NCBI GenBank assembly: GCA_977017575.1
Contig: CDRNVI010000049.1
Location: 124,001-188,000, forward strand
Direction of reading: 5' to 3'
Length of the DNA stretch: 64,000 nucleotides
Origin: Paramoeba atlantica
Lineage: Eukaryota > Protista > Discosea
Part shown: piece by piece, positions 62,220 through 64,000 of the stretch
Layout of the letters: each line of letters begins with the position of its first letter
Position numbering within the stretch: the first letter of the stretch is position 1
Notes under the pieces: model-generated
Told to the model about the DNA's origin: nothing
What the model saw: only the letters and a program-made list of their open reading frames with translations
Databases searched by the model: none
Position numbers and translations under genes: made by a program

Positions 62220-63106
62220 ATCAAGTCTTTGTCCAGAGATCTCATTTCTATTACTAGAATCATCCGACATTGGTGTTGTGATTCACCACAGAAGCCTAAT
62301 GGAGCCTTCCTAATGAGGAACCTAATGTTCACAACTTGTGAACATTAACACAACTGTTCAATTTTTCTGATGATACAAGGTATAAAACGTATAATTTTGC
62401 AATGGACTAACAACGCCGAGGAAATTATACGGAATTCTAATACAGAACGTGGCACTCTTCGAGCGAACTGATATCATATTGTCCGATAAGGTGATATGCA
62501 TTCATCATTCACTATAAGCCAGATTTTTATATTCCAGCCGACGAGTAAGAAGAATACAGTATCACAAAAAAGTTAACCATCTTTTGAGCATTTTTTCAAA
62601 GTTACGCACGGACTGATATTTCATAAATATTTATCTCACATTTTTTTGCAGGCGGTTGAAACGTCAGAACCTCGCACTGAACTTTTCGGAGGACCATCCT
62701 TCAGTGTAGTCGAACACAACCGCGTTGACTTTTTTCTGTATACCCTTGGCAATATTCGCGAAACGGCATTAAATGATGCAGATTCGCGAATTGCAGCTGA
62801 ATCTTTAGGAAGTTGCTTTTCCTCCGTTGAAGTCAGAAGATCACTTCGACCACTTCGACTGCCCACTACATGGAGAGTGGAAAACCATTTGTACTTTGCA
62901 GGAGGAGCGTCTCGACGCCATGCAAATTATTACTCAAATTTCAGTAGAACAGGACCTCAATTCGCAAAAGGCCGCTACTTTTCCTCCTCAGTAAGGTCTG
63001 TTGGATGCAGTAATTTTGGAATCTTGAAAAACATAATGTATCTCAGAGAACAATTTCACCAATGTCCTCAATCTAGAAAGGTACAACAAGAATAATAATA
63101 ATAAAC

Positions 63107-63924
63107 GGTTAAACTGAAGCAAATTTAGCATTTTTCATATTTTTTGATATTTCCGATGAATCCTGGCTCTACTTCGAAGCTACTCTCTTCCAATACAATG
63201 AATTTAAATTGATTTCTTTCTTACTTCAATATCTTAAGACTTTCTTACATAACTCTGCGAACTTAAAGACGAATACAAGTGCAATGAGTCTGCAAGTTCT
63301 CGAGGATTCTCAGCATGACATCCCCGCCGTTCCTCTTCAAACTTCCGTTACATTTTTCAGGAATTGCTTGAACTCGGTCTGATCTTTTCCCTGGCTTGCC
63401 CCCCAAATATTTCCTTCACGTTTCAAACGCTTCTTAGCCATAGAGTTAGCACATTCAACAGTGTTTGTATGTACCCCGTCTGGGGTGACCCATTGCTGAC
63501 GATGATTTACACTTCGCCACTCGTACTTGGACCGAAGTTTTAGATTATGACGGGCGCCAAGAAGCGGACGGGCGCAATGAAGAAGCAAGTTCATCAATTT
63601 TTGAAACGAGCGTTGGTACACCACCACTTTGCTCCAATGAGCTTCATGTGTCGGGGTGACTTGTGTACTTTCCTGTAGCACACAACTTTCTGGGCTAACA
63701 GCTTGTGGCTTTTCATTCATTCGGCATATTCCTGCTCGCAAAGTGCAACTTTGCTTAATGTGAGGTCACCCCGACAAGAAAACCCAGCACACCCTTGACA
63801 AGGCATAACAAAATCACGAAAAATCCAAAAATCAACCTAGTAGAATAAAAAGAAGATTTTTTTGGGGGCAAAAAATAGGAAAAAAATTAATCAAGAGAAA
63901 AGCTAAATTTGCTTCAGTTTCACA
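63107..63924 (-). mobile_element. Merlin (IS1595/ISXO2-like) DNA transposon, degraded (818 bp)
   Basis: TIR GTTAAACTGAAGCAAATTTAGC and its reverse complement at 63902-63923 (21/22). 8-bp TSD TAATAAAC / TAAAAAAC (7/8). Minus-strand ORF with YEWRSVNH...GVHTNTVE...KKRLK. Confidence 0.85.
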
Positions 63925-64000
63925 TAAAAAACCCATACTTCTGCATTATTTTTGCTTGCTAATTAATATTTCGAAAAATTTTACGTTACGGTGCTTTTAC

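Noticed and set aside
62646-63095. 149-aa ORF downstream of the GDPD gene
   Set aside because: It has a TTG start, no recognisable motif, and ends at the Merlin insertion. It cannot be supported as a gene.

Overview
Gene-dense eukaryotic DNA from a kinetoplastid protist, probably a Perkinsela-like prokinetoplastid (inference, not a database match). About 25 apparently intron-free protein genes all lie on the + strand, as in a polycistronic unit with trans-splicing. Lineage markers are a U1-zinc-finger/RNase III RNA-editing endonuclease-like gene, a Tc38/RBP38-family gene, an SDH4 with the HX10DY motif, class I fumarate hydratase and a dispersed LRR family. Housekeeping genes include RRP6, UEV1/MMS2, proteasome alpha4, PEX12, BMS1, CBP80-like, XPB, BCKDHA, CCT4, RPE, La and a GDPD. 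Intergenic DNA is full of mobile elements: Tc1, pogo, hAT, Merlin, several MITEs and two CRE-clade non-LTR retrotransposon copies, several of them nested. The strongest unexplained signal is a recurrent 0.6-1.3 kb compositional palindrome, C-rich then G-rich on the + strand. It occurs in at least 8 genes, overrides codon choice and seeds repeat expansions. Its polarity matches bidirectional replication origins or bidirectional G-run promoters. No tRNA, rRNA, SL RNA or CRISPR array was recognised. All alignments and motif calls were made by eye.
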